From positions 81,302 through 105,301 of the forward strand of contig JBGVIT010000006.1 of NCBI GenBank assembly GCA_045128915.1: DNA of 24,000 nt. Reading direction: 5' to 3'. The notes under the pieces were generated by a model that saw only the letters and a list, made by a program, of their open reading frames with translations, made no database searches and had not been told where the DNA came from. The stretch comes from Clostridia bacterium (GTDB lineage Bacteria; Bacillota; Clostridia; UBA1381). The translations under genes were made by a program, and so were the position numbers. Below, in pieces: positions 1-7,100 of the stretch. Within the stretch, counting starts at the first letter, position 1. Every line of letters starts with the position of its first letter.

Positions 1-300
1 GTACTGCTTGAAAATTATCGCTTCAAAGTGGTGGATTTGGGCAAAGATGTTTCGCCTGAGGAAATTGTCAATAAAATTCGTGAAGAAAATGCCACATTGG
101 TTGGATTGAGTGCGTTGATGACTACAACTGTTCCTGCAATGAAAGAAACAATCGCTTTATTAAAACAAGAGCTGCCTGATGTAAAGTCAATGGTTGGCGG
201 AGCTGTAATGACTGAGGAGTATGCGCAAATGATAGACGCAGATTTTTATTGCAAGGACGCAATGGAAGCTGTAAGATATGCACAAAAATTTTTCAAATAA
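1..300 (+). CDS. Cobalamin (B12)-binding domain protein, C-terminal part (corrinoid protein / methyltransferase B12 module); the 5' end lies outside the window
   Basis: Frame 1 is open from base 1 (VLLENYRFKVVDLGKDV...). The stretch VGLSALMTTT...MKETI...VGGA is typical of the Rossmann-like B12-binding module of MtaC/MetH-type proteins. Stop at 298-300 is followed by a hairpin terminator. Confidence 0.7.
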   Translation, partial: VLLENYRFKVVDLGKDVSPEEIVNKIREENATLVGLSALMTTTVPAMKETIALLKQELPDVKSMVGGAVMTEEYAQMIDADFYCKDAMEAVRYAQKFFK

Positions 301-302
301 TT

Positions 303-330
303 AAAAAGCACACAGTTGTGTGCTTTTTTT
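303..330 (+). terminator. Rho-independent terminator of the B12-binding protein gene
   Basis: Stem AGCACAC (307-313) / GTGTGCT (318-324), loop AGTT, flanked by an A-run upstream and T7 downstream (324-330). Confidence 0.75.
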
Positions 331-379
331 ATAAATCCTGCGCATAATAAACACAAATACATGAAAAGGAATTTATAAT

Positions 380-2188
380 ATGTGTGGTATAATCGGATAC
401 GTAGGATATAAAAATGCAGCGCCAATTTTGCTCGAGGGACTTTCAAGGCTTGAATACAGAGGCTATGATTCTGCAGGGGTTGCTACGCTTTCTTCCGGAA
501 AACTGAATGTAGCCAAAACAAAAGGCCGCATTTGTGCGCTCTCAAATCAAATCAAAAAGGGCGAATTATTAAATGGGAGCATTGGTATAGGTCATACACG
601 CTGGGCAACTCACGGTGAGCCGACCTATGAAAATTCACACCCACACGTTTCTTATGGCAGAATGTTTGCTGTTGTTCATAATGGGATTATTGAAAATTAT
701 AAGCATCTTAAGGACATGCTTATAGAAAAAGGCATAGAATTTGTATCACAAACTGATACAGAAGTAATTGCGCACTTGCTTGAATACTATTATGACGGTG
801 ATATATTAAAAGCTGTTTCAAAGGTTACCCGCTGTATAGAAGGCTCGTACAGCTTGGGAATAATTTGCGTAAATAATCCTGATTGTATCTATGCGGCAAA
901 AAAATCAAGCCCAATGATAATAGGTGTTGGTGAAAATGAAAGCTTTATTGCATCAGATGCGTCTGCTGTTCCGGTAAAGACGGCATATTATCTTGATGAC
1001 GGAGAAATAGCTGTTATTGAAGCTGACAGAATAACAGTCATGAACTCATCACTTGAACCGATTACAAAAAAAGAGCATCTTCTACACAATCATATTCAGT
1101 CAACTGACAAAAAAGGCTATGAGCATTATATGATGAAAGAGATTGACCAACAGCCTGAAGTGGTGAAAAAGACACTTGATTCAATGTATAAAGACGGGAA
1201 AGTGTGTTTTGAAAAGCTGAAGCTTACAAAAAACATCAATATGATATATATAATTGCCTGCGGCACATCATATCATGTGGGAGTTGTAGGAAAGTATATT
1301 ATTGAAAAGCTTTGCCGCATACCCACAGAAGCCATAATAGCCTCTGAATTCAGATATACAGATTCGGTAATAGGAAGTAATGATTTGGCTGTTTTAATTA
1401 GTCAATCGGGAGAAACTGCCGATACTATTGCGGCACTTAAGGAAGCAAAATCAAAGGGAGCAAAAACCTTAGCTATTGTAAATGTCCAAGACAGCACCAT
1501 TGCCAATGAAGCGGACAACGTAATATATACTCTTGCAGGTCAGGAAATAGCTGTCGCTTCCACAAAAGCTTATTCTACACAGCTTGCGGCTGTTTATATG
1601 CTTGCCCTTTATTTTGCAGATGTGCTGGATACCATATCGCCTGATACGTATAAACAATACATGAACGAGCTTATGAATATTCCTTCAAAGCTTGAAACCA
1701 TTCTTAATTCAAAGGAAAAAATAAAAAGGCTTGCGTATAATTATCAAAATTGCAAATCAGTATTTTTTATGGGCAGAAACCTTGATTATGCAGTAAGTAT
1801 GGAAGGTTCGCTGAAGCTTAAGGAAATATCATACATCCATAGCGAAGCTTATGCAGCAGGCGAGCTTAAACACGGAACAATATCGCTTGTAGAAAAGGAC
1901 ACCCTTGTAGTAGTGCCGTTAACTGTGGAGAAAACCTTTGATAAAACAGTCAGTAACATAGAGGAAGTAAGAGCCAGAGGTGGTGAGGTAATTGTTATAT
2001 GCCCTGCGAATAAGCTTGGGGATATAGATAGTAACTATTACTCTGTAAGTATTCCTGAAACGCCGGATTTGTTCTCGCCGTTTTTGTCTGTTGTTCCGCT
2101 TCAGATTTTTGCATATTATGTGGCGTATTTCAGAGGTTGTGATATAGATAAGCCAAGAAATCTTGCAAAGTCTGTTACGGTAGAATAA
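380..2188 (+). CDS. glmS: Glutamine--fructose-6-phosphate aminotransferase (isomerizing)
   Basis: N-terminal MCGIIGY with catalytic Cys2 of class-II glutamine amidotransferases. Two SIS domains (SQSGETADT, GELKHG). C-terminal KSVTVE. 602 aa, canonical length. RBS AAAAGGAA at 363-370. Confidence 0.97.
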   Translation: MCGIIGYVGYKNAAPILLEGLSRLEYRGYDSAGVATLSSGKLNVAKTKGRICALSNQIKKGELLNGSIGIGHTRWATHGEPTYENSHPHVSYGRMFAVVHNGIIENYKHLKDMLIEKGIEFVSQTDTEVIAHLLEYYYDGDILKAVSKVTRCIEGSYSLGIICVNNPDCIYAAKKSSPMIIGVGENESFIASDASAVPVKTAYYLDDGEIAVIEADRITVMNSSLEPITKKEHLLHNHIQSTDKKGYEHYMMKEIDQQPEVVKKTLDSMYKDGKVCFEKLKLTKNINMIYIIACGTSYHVGVVGKYIIEKLCRIPTEAIIASEFRYTDSVIGSNDLAVLISQSGETADTIAALKEAKSKGAKTLAIVNVQDSTIANEADNVIYTLAGQEIAVASTKAYSTQLAAVYMLALYFADVLDTISPDTYKQYMNELMNIPSKLETILNSKEKIKRLAYNYQNCKSVFFMGRNLDYAVSMEGSLKLKEISYIHSEAYAAGELKHGTISLVEKDTLVVVPLTVEKTFDKTVSNIEEVRARGGEVIVICPANKLGDIDSNYYSVSIPETPDLFSPFLSVVPLQIFAYYVAYFRGCDIDKPRNLAKSVTVE

Positions 2189-2226
2189 GAATATATATTA
2201 AATTATGATTACTTCAATGAAATTTA

Positions 2227-2255
2227 TTGATTTACTTCGGTTTTTGTGATATACT
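2227..2255 (+). promoter_or_regulatory. Sigma-A type promoter for the SNF transporter gene
   Basis: -35 TTGATT (2227-2232), 17-nt spacer, extended -10 TGaTATACT (2247-2255). It lies 31 nt upstream of the ATG. The 12-mer TTGTGATATACT recurs at 17283-17294 in front of another gene. Confidence 0.55.
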
Positions 2256-2285
2256 GTTATAAATCAGTATTATTGGAGGTTAATT

Positions 2286-3641
2286 ATGGAAAACAAAAGA
2301 AGTAGTTTTACCGGCAAAATAGGCTTTGTACTTGCAGCGGCAGGTTCAGCAGTCGGCTTGGGAAATATATGGAGATTTCCGTATCTTGCAGCTAATTACG
2401 GAGGCGGTATTTTTTTACTTGTGTATCTTGTGCTTGCTGTAACTTTTGGCTTTGCTCTTATGACAGCAGAGGTTGCAATAGGTAGAAAAACAGGACTTAG
2501 TGCTATTGAAGCATTTAAGAAGTTAAAAAGTAAATGGGCATTTATAGGATATATCGAAGCTTTGATACCTATTATAATTCTTCCGTATTATTCGGTTATC
2601 GGCGGCTGGGTAACAAAATATCTGTTTGAATTTACAGTAGGAAACGGTGCCGCAACTGCTGCAGACAGCTTTTTTGGCGGATTTATAGGACAGCCTGTAT
2701 CACCACTTGTCTGGTTTGCAATTTTTATCGGTATAACAGCGCTTATAGTCTGGTTCGGTGTAGAAAAGGGCGTAGAGAAAGTCAGCAGAATAATGATGCC
2801 TGTGCTTGTGGTATTGTCTGTTATTATAGCTGTGTATGTTGCGTTTATTCCTGGTGCTAAAGACGGAATTTTGTGGTATGTTCTTCCTGATTTCAGCCGT
2901 TTCTCGTTTACAACTGTGCTTGCGGCTATGGGACAGCTTTTCTATTCAATGTCACTGTCAATGGGCATCATGATAACATACGGCTCATACATGAAAAAGG
3001 ACGTAAACTTAGAATCATCAGTAAGACAAATTGAAATTTTTGACACAGCTATTGCATTCATTGCAGGCCTTATGATAATTCCTGCAGTATTTGCTTTTTC
3101 AGGCGGAAATGAGGAAGCTCTCGGAAAAGGTCCGGGACTTATGTTTGTTACACTTCCCAAAGTGTTTGAAAGCATGGTTGGCGGCAGAATAGTAGGATTG
3201 TTGTTCTTTGTGCTGGTTCTCTTTGCGGCACTTACATCTTCAATTTCTCTTATGGAAACAGTTGTATCCATATTCAGAGACAAGCTTGGACTTTCAAGAA
3301 ATAAAGCTTGCTTGGCAGTTCTTGCAATTTCATTGATTTTAGGAATTCCGTCATCTCTCGGTAATGGTATCTGGAGCGGAATCAAGCTTATAGGTATGGA
3401 TTTCCTCACATTCTTTGATTTTATAAGTAACAGCGTTCTTATGCCTGTTGTTGCATTCTTAACTTGTATTTTCATTGGCTATATTGTAAAGCCAAAGACG
3501 GTTATTGAAGAAGTTGAGCTTACGGGCAAATTTAAGGCAAAGGGATTATTTGTTGTAGTAATTAAATATTTTGCACCCATATGTATAGCGCTCATCCTTA
3601 TATGCTCTATATTGGAGGCTATGGGCGTTATGAGTATTTGA
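2286..3641 (+). CDS. Sodium-dependent transporter, neurotransmitter:sodium symporter (SNF/NSS) family
   Basis: Signature GSAVGLGNIWRFPY near the N-terminus. Multi-pass hydrophobic protein of 451 aa. GGAGG RBS at 2275-2279. Confidence 0.9.
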   Translation: MENKRSSFTGKIGFVLAAAGSAVGLGNIWRFPYLAANYGGGIFLLVYLVLAVTFGFALMTAEVAIGRKTGLSAIEAFKKLKSKWAFIGYIEALIPIIILPYYSVIGGWVTKYLFEFTVGNGAATAADSFFGGFIGQPVSPLVWFAIFIGITALIVWFGVEKGVEKVSRIMMPVLVVLSVIIAVYVAFIPGAKDGILWYVLPDFSRFSFTTVLAAMGQLFYSMSLSMGIMITYGSYMKKDVNLESSVRQIEIFDTAIAFIAGLMIIPAVFAFSGGNEEALGKGPGLMFVTLPKVFESMVGGRIVGLLFFVLVLFAALTSSISLMETVVSIFRDKLGLSRNKACLAVLAISLILGIPSSLGNGIWSGIKLIGMDFLTFFDFISNSVLMPVVAFLTCIFIGYIVKPKTVIEEVELTGKFKAKGLFVVVIKYFAPICIALILICSILEAMGVMSI

Positions 3642-3652
3642 TGATTATCCAA

Positions 3653-3688
3653 ACAGAAATCCGCAGATGCGGATTTCTGTTTTTTTTT
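3653..3688 (+). terminator. Rho-independent terminator of the SNF transporter gene
   Basis: 12-bp perfect stem ACAGAAATCCGC (3653-3664) / GCGGATTTCTGT (3669-3680), loop AGAT, then T8 (3681-3688). Confidence 0.9.
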
Positions 3689-3782
3689 GTTGTAAATTTA
3701 CACTAAAAAATTCTATACTTCGAGTTATTTTTCAAAAAAATGTAAAAAAAGAAATTACCAACAAAAAAATATTCTTATGTTC

Positions 3783-3811
3783 TTGACATAAGTCTTTGAA
3801 TATGGTATCAT
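3783..3811 (+). promoter_or_regulatory. Sigma-A promoter of the ilvE / oxidoreductase / acyl-CoA synthetase operon
   Basis: Consensus -35 TTGACA (3783-3788), 17-nt spacer, extended -10 TGgTATCAT (3803-3811). A/T-rich UP-like tract upstream (3700-3780). Confidence 0.65.
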
Positions 3812-3846
3812 TTATTAAAGTAATTCAGGAAGGTTTGGATGTTGTA

Positions 3847-3966
3847 ATGAGTTTAGTAGCGACTTTGTTCAGCGACAACATAATAATTATAAGCGCGCTA
3901 ATTATTGCCATTGCGATTATTAGTGCTGATTGTGGTGCCGTTAAGTCTTTAAAGGTTGGTTGCTGA
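3847..3966 (+). CDS. Putative 39-aa Ile-rich leader peptide (MSLVATLFSDNIIIISALIIAIAIISADCGAVKSLKVGC)
   Basis: ATG 3847 to TGA 3964-3966, not in the supplied ORF track because it is short. 9/39 codons are Ile (ATA/ATT at 3880-3891, 3901-3906, 3910-3912, 3916-3921). AGGAAGG RBS at 3827-3833. A 2-codon mini-ORF (ATG TTG TAA, 3839-3847) overlaps the start as TAATG. The ORF sits between the promoter and a terminator directly upstream of ilvE. Confidence 0.45.
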   Translation: MSLVATLFSDNIIIISALIIAIAIISADCGAVKSLKVGC

Positions 3967-4016
3967 ATATTACAATTATTTAAATGCATTGTTTACCAAT
4001 TAAAAGCTTACGGCAC
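3935..4016 (+). promoter_or_regulatory. Putative antiterminator hairpin of the ilvE leader
   Basis: 3935-3941 pairs with 4010-4016, 3943-3945 with 4007-4009, and 3947-3950 with 4003-4006 (14 bp, two 1-nt bulges). The helix is extended by 3954-3960 : 3995-4001 (7 bp including 2 GU). It sequesters the 5' arm of the terminator. The leader stop codon lies in its apical loop. Confidence 0.45.
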
Positions 4017-4032
4017 AAGCCGTAAGCTTTTT
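4002..4032 (+). terminator. Leader (attenuator) terminator upstream of ilvE
   Basis: Stem GCTTACGGC (4006-4014) / GCCGTAAGC (4019-4027), loop ACAA, extendable by 4 A-U pairs, then T5 (4028-4032). Only 37 nt with no promoter-like hexamers separate it from the ilvE ATG. Confidence 0.75.
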
Positions 4033-4069
4033 CTGAATTAAAAAAACAAGAAAAAAGAGGCGTCTTATT

Positions 4070-5134
4070 ATGGAAATTAAAATCACAAGAACAACACAGC
4101 CAAAACAAAAGCCCGCACCGGGTACAAAGCTTGGTTTCGGTAAGATTTTTACCGACCATATGTTTGTAATGAACTATACCGAAGGTAAAGGTTGGCACGA
4201 TGCAAGAATAGTGCCTTATGCACCTATTTCTCTTGATCCTTCATGTATGGTATTCCATTACGGTCAGGAAATGTTCGAAGGTCTTAAAGCATATCGTGGT
4301 GCTGACGGCAAGGCAAGACTGTTCAGACCTGATATGAATGCAAAGCGTGCCAATAAGAGTAACGAAAGACTTTGTATTCCTGAAATTCCTGAAGAGGATT
4401 TTGTAGAAGCAGTTAAGGCGGTAGTGAAGGTTGATGAGGATTGGATTCCTGAAGATGACGGAACATCTTTGTATATCAGACCTTTTGTAATTGCAACAGA
4501 TGAATTTCTTGGTGTTGCGCCTTCAAAGACATATATGTTCATTATCATACTTGCTCCAAGCGGTGCATATTATGAAAACGGTCTTGCACCCGTGGGCATC
4601 TGGATTGAGGACGACTACGTAAGAGCAGTTAAGGGTGGTATGGGCTTTGCAAAGACCGGCGGTAACTATGCAGCAAGTCTTGCAGCTCAGGTAAAGGCTC
4701 ACGACGACGGATATTCTCAGGTGCTTTGGCTTGACGGCGTTGAAAGAAAGTATATCGAAGAAGTTGGAGCGATGAATATTTTCTTCAAGCTTGACGGAAA
4801 AATTGTAACTCCTATGCTCAACGGAAGTATCCTTCCCGGTGTAACAAGAAACTCTGTAATCCAGCTTTGTAAGTCTTTGGGCTACGAAGTAGAGGAAAGA
4901 AAGGTTTCAGTTGACGAGCTTGTAGAAGCTGCTAAAAACGGAACATTAGAAGAATGTTTCGGAACAGGTACAGCAGCAGTAATCTCTCCCGTTGGTAAGC
5001 TCAGATACAAAGATGATGTATTTGAAATCAACAACAACGAAATCGGTGCAGTAAGCCAGAAACTTTACGACACAATCACCGGTATTCAATGGGGAAAATG
5101 CGAGGATGAGTTTAATTGGACAATAACTCTTTAA
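4070..5134 (+). CDS. ilvE: Branched-chain amino acid aminotransferase (PLP fold type IV)
   Basis: FGKIFTDHMF, FEGLKAYR, TGGNYAASL, LPGVTR and GTAA motifs typical of the ~355-aa BCAT subgroup. RBS AAAGAGG at 4054-4060. Confidence 0.93.
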   Translation: MEIKITRTTQPKQKPAPGTKLGFGKIFTDHMFVMNYTEGKGWHDARIVPYAPISLDPSCMVFHYGQEMFEGLKAYRGADGKARLFRPDMNAKRANKSNERLCIPEIPEEDFVEAVKAVVKVDEDWIPEDDGTSLYIRPFVIATDEFLGVAPSKTYMFIIILAPSGAYYENGLAPVGIWIEDDYVRAVKGGMGFAKTGGNYAASLAAQVKAHDDGYSQVLWLDGVERKYIEEVGAMNIFFKLDGKIVTPMLNGSILPGVTRNSVIQLCKSLGYEVEERKVSVDELVEAAKNGTLEECFGTGTAAVISPVGKLRYKDDVFEINNNEIGAVSQKLYDTITGIQWGKCEDEFNWTITL

Positions 5135-5802
5135 AATATAAAAGAATTTCTGTTTTCGTAGGTCACTACGGAAGCGGCAAAACAAATGTAGCTTTAAACT
5201 ACGCTCTTTCCGTAAGGGAACATGAAAAGCACGTAGCAGTAGCTGACCTTGATATTGTAAATCCGTATTTCAGGACTCAGGATAGTGCTAAAATGCTTGA
5301 AGATAAAGGCATTCGCCTTATTTCATCAGAATTTGCAGGTTCAAATGTGGATTTGCCCGCGCTTCCGGCAGATGTTTATACTATATCTCATAACCACGAT
5401 ATATATGCGGTGATGGATGTTGGTGGCGATGACAGAGGTGCGTTGGCACTTGGAAGATATGTTCCTGCAATAGTAGAAGAAAATAATTATAACGTATTTT
5501 TTGTTATTAACAAATTCAGACCTCTTACAAAAACTCCCGAACTTACAGTCGAGGTGCTTCGTGAGGTGGAGCAAGCGGCAGGCATAAAGGTTACTGCGCT
5601 TATAAACAACTCCAATCTCGGCGAGGATACCACGTGTGAAGATATAGAAGGCTCTGCAAAATATGCAGAAGAAGTAAGCAGGCTTTCAGGAATTCCTGTT
5701 GCATTTACAACGGTGCGTGAGGATTTGAGTGAAAAGGTGAATTTGGATAACATAATGCCTATAAGGTTGTATGTACAACAAAGCTGGCAAAAGGAGGTAT
5801 AA
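5116..5802 (+). CDS. P-loop NTPase of unknown function (SIMIBI/MinD-GPN-like)
   Basis: Walker A GHYGSGKTN at aa 16-24 and a Walker-B-like hhhDVGGDD. TTG start at 5116 preceded by GAGGA (5102-5106). It overlaps the ilvE 3' end by 19 nt and stops 5 nt before the ferredoxin-subunit ATG. The start codon is somewhat uncertain. Confidence 0.65.
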   Translation: MDNNSLKYKRISVFVGHYGSGKTNVALNYALSVREHEKHVAVADLDIVNPYFRTQDSAKMLEDKGIRLISSEFAGSNVDLPALPADVYTISHNHDIYAVMDVGGDDRGALALGRYVPAIVEENNYNVFFVINKFRPLTKTPELTVEVLREVEQAAGIKVTALINNSNLGEDTTCEDIEGSAKYAEEVSRLSGIPVAFTTVREDLSEKVNLDNIMPIRLYVQQSWQKEV

Positions 5803-5807
5803 TACTT

Positions 5808-6011
5808 ATGGCAAAGGTAACTTTTAAAAAGGATTTGTGTAAGGGTTGCGGACTTTGTGTTGGCGCTTGCCCAAAGCATATTGTAGAGCTTACAGGTGAA
5901 ATAAATGCAAAAGGATATCATCCAGCTGCTGTAACAGATCCTGAGCAGTGTATTGGCTGTGCATTCTGTGCAACAATGTGTCCTGATTGCGTAATTACAG
6001 TAGAAAAATAA
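5808..6011 (+). CDS. 2-oxoacid:ferredoxin oxidoreductase delta subunit (2x[4Fe-4S] ferredoxin)
   Basis: Two CxxCxxCxxxCP motifs (CKGCGLCVGACP, CIGCAFCATMCP) in 67 aa. AAGGAGG RBS at 5791-5797. Immediately precedes the alpha/beta/gamma subunits. Confidence 0.85.
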   Translation: MAKVTFKKDLCKGCGLCVGACPKHIVELTGEINAKGYHPAAVTDPEQCIGCAFCATMCPDCVITVEK

Positions 6012-6032
6012 TTTGAGAAAGGATTGAATTCA

Positions 6033-7100
6033 ATGTCAGAAAAGGTTTTGATGAAGGGTAACGAAGCTTTGGCTGAAGCTGCTATTATGGCGGGCTGCCG
6101 TCACTATTTCGGATATCCTATAACACCTCAGACTGAGGTTGCAGCATATATGTCAAAGAGAATGCCCAAGATTGACGGTGTATTTCTTCAGGCAGAAAGT
6201 GAAATTGCTGCTATAAATATGGTAATCGGAGTTGCCGCAACGGGTAAGAGAGTTATGACTTCAAGCTCCAGCCCCGGTATATCTCTTAAAAGTGAAGGAC
6301 TTTCATATCTTGCAGGATGCGATGTTCCTGCTCTCGTAGTTAACGTACAGCGTGGCGGCCCCGGTCTCGGCGGTATTCAGCCATCACAATCAGATTATTT
6401 CCATGCAACAAGAGGTCCCGGTCATGGTGATTTCCACATGATTGTTCTTGCTCCTGCATCAGTTCAGGAAATGGTTGACCTTACATTCAAAGGCTTTGAC
6501 CTTGCAGAAAAATACAGAATGACTTCTATGCTTCTTTCAGATGGAACAATGGGACAGATGATGGAGCCTGTAACACTTGATATGGGCGAAATCAAAGAAT
6601 ACGACAAGTCATGGGCTCTCACCGGAACAAAATGCGAAAGAGCTCCGAGAATTGTCAACTCACTTTTCCTTAAGCCTGAAGAGCTTGAAGTAACTAACTT
6701 TGAAAGATACGAAAGATATAAGCAGATTGAAGAAAATGAAGCAATGTTTGAAGAGTACAGAATGGAAGATGCAGAGGTTTGTATCGTAGCATTCGGTGTT
6801 GCTTCAAGAGTTTCAAAAAATGCTATTGACAAAGCAAGAGAGATGGGAATAAAGGTTGGTATGATAAGACCAATCACTCTCTGGCCATTCCCCAAGAAAG
6901 CTTTGGCTGCAGCTGCAGATAAGGTTAAGTCATTTGTTTCTGTTGAGCTTTCAATGGGCCAGATGATTGACGACATCGAGCTTGCAATCCGTTGCAAGAA
7001 GCCGGTTCTTCTTTGTAACCGTGTTGGTGGTATGATTCCCACAGTTGAAAATGTTCTTGAGAAAATTTGCGAAGCAGATAAAGTAGGAGGTGCGAAGTAA
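6033..7100 (+). CDS. 2-oxoacid:ferredoxin oxidoreductase alpha subunit (VorB/KorA-like)
   Basis: N-terminus MSEKVLMKGNEALAEAAIMAGCRHYFGYPITPQTE is characteristic of the OFOR alpha subunit. I prefer ATG 6033 (RBS GAGAAAGGA at 6015-6023, 9-nt spacing) over the track's TTG at 6024. Confidence 0.9.
   Translation: MSEKVLMKGNEALAEAAIMAGCRHYFGYPITPQTEVAAYMSKRMPKIDGVFLQAESEIAAINMVIGVAATGKRVMTSSSSPGISLKSEGLSYLAGCDVPALVVNVQRGGPGLGGIQPSQSDYFHATRGPGHGDFHMIVLAPASVQEMVDLTFKGFDLAEKYRMTSMLLSDGTMGQMMEPVTLDMGEIKEYDKSWALTGTKCERAPRIVNSLFLKPEELEVTNFERYERYKQIEENEAMFEEYRMEDAEVCIVAFGVASRVSKNAIDKAREMGIKVGMIRPITLWPFPKKALAAAADKVKSFVSVELSMGQMIDDIELAIRCKKPVLLCNRVGGMIPTVENVLEKICEADKVGGAK

Noticed and set aside
2205-2250. 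Tiny ORF (ATG ATT ACT TCA ATG AAA ...; ~14 codons) in the glmS to SNF transporter spacer.
   Set aside because: It has no RBS, it overlaps the predicted promoter of the transporter gene, and it shows no compositional or structural signal.
2942-3475. Antisense ORF (177 aa) opposite the SNF transporter. Similar shadow ORFs occur at 5487-5921, 17594-18037, 18107-18505 and 21729-22079.
   Set aside because: All are embedded in well-supported genes on the opposite strand. They have no RBS or motif support, and their composition is consistent with reverse-complemented codon bias.
3691-3702. Perfect 12-nt palindrome TGTAAATTTACA just after the SNF transporter terminator, ~80 nt upstream of the ilvE operon -35. 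It could be an operator (Crp/Fnr- or Rex-like half-sites TGT..ACA).
   Set aside because: About one such A/T-rich palindrome is expected by chance across the intergenic DNA of this window. It lacks the full half-site sequence of Rex (TTGTGAA) or cre (central CG). It is noted only as a candidate for the embedded XRE-cupin regulator.
3727-3741. CodY-box-like 15-mer ATTTTTCAAAAAAAT (12/15 to AATTTTCWGAAAATT) upstream of the ilvE operon promoter.
   Set aside because: Three mismatches, including the central G, in an extremely A/T-rich tract. A match of this quality is expected by chance, and its position (~45 nt upstream of the -35) is not typical for repression.
3882-3906. An 8-bp A/U hairpin (AATAATTA / TAATTATT) inside the leader ORF, as a possible pause or 1:2 structure.
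   Set aside because: The all-A/U stem has a 9-nt loop and is thermodynamically marginal. The symmetry is largely a by-product of tandem ATA/ATT Ile codons.
3812-4035. Possible T-box riboswitch upstream of ilvE. The leader length (~220 nt) is right, TGGTGCCGTTA at 3934-3944 loosely resembles the T-box UGGUACCGCG / F-box CCGUUA, and a terminator follows.
   Set aside because: I cannot find a Stem I with a K-turn/GA motif, a specifier loop presenting an Ile/Leu/Val codon followed by a purine, an AG bulge (AGAGA/AGVGA), or the distal GNUGGNA loop. The region is instead spanned by a continuous ORF with an Ile-codon run. A covariance-model scan (RF00230) should still be run.
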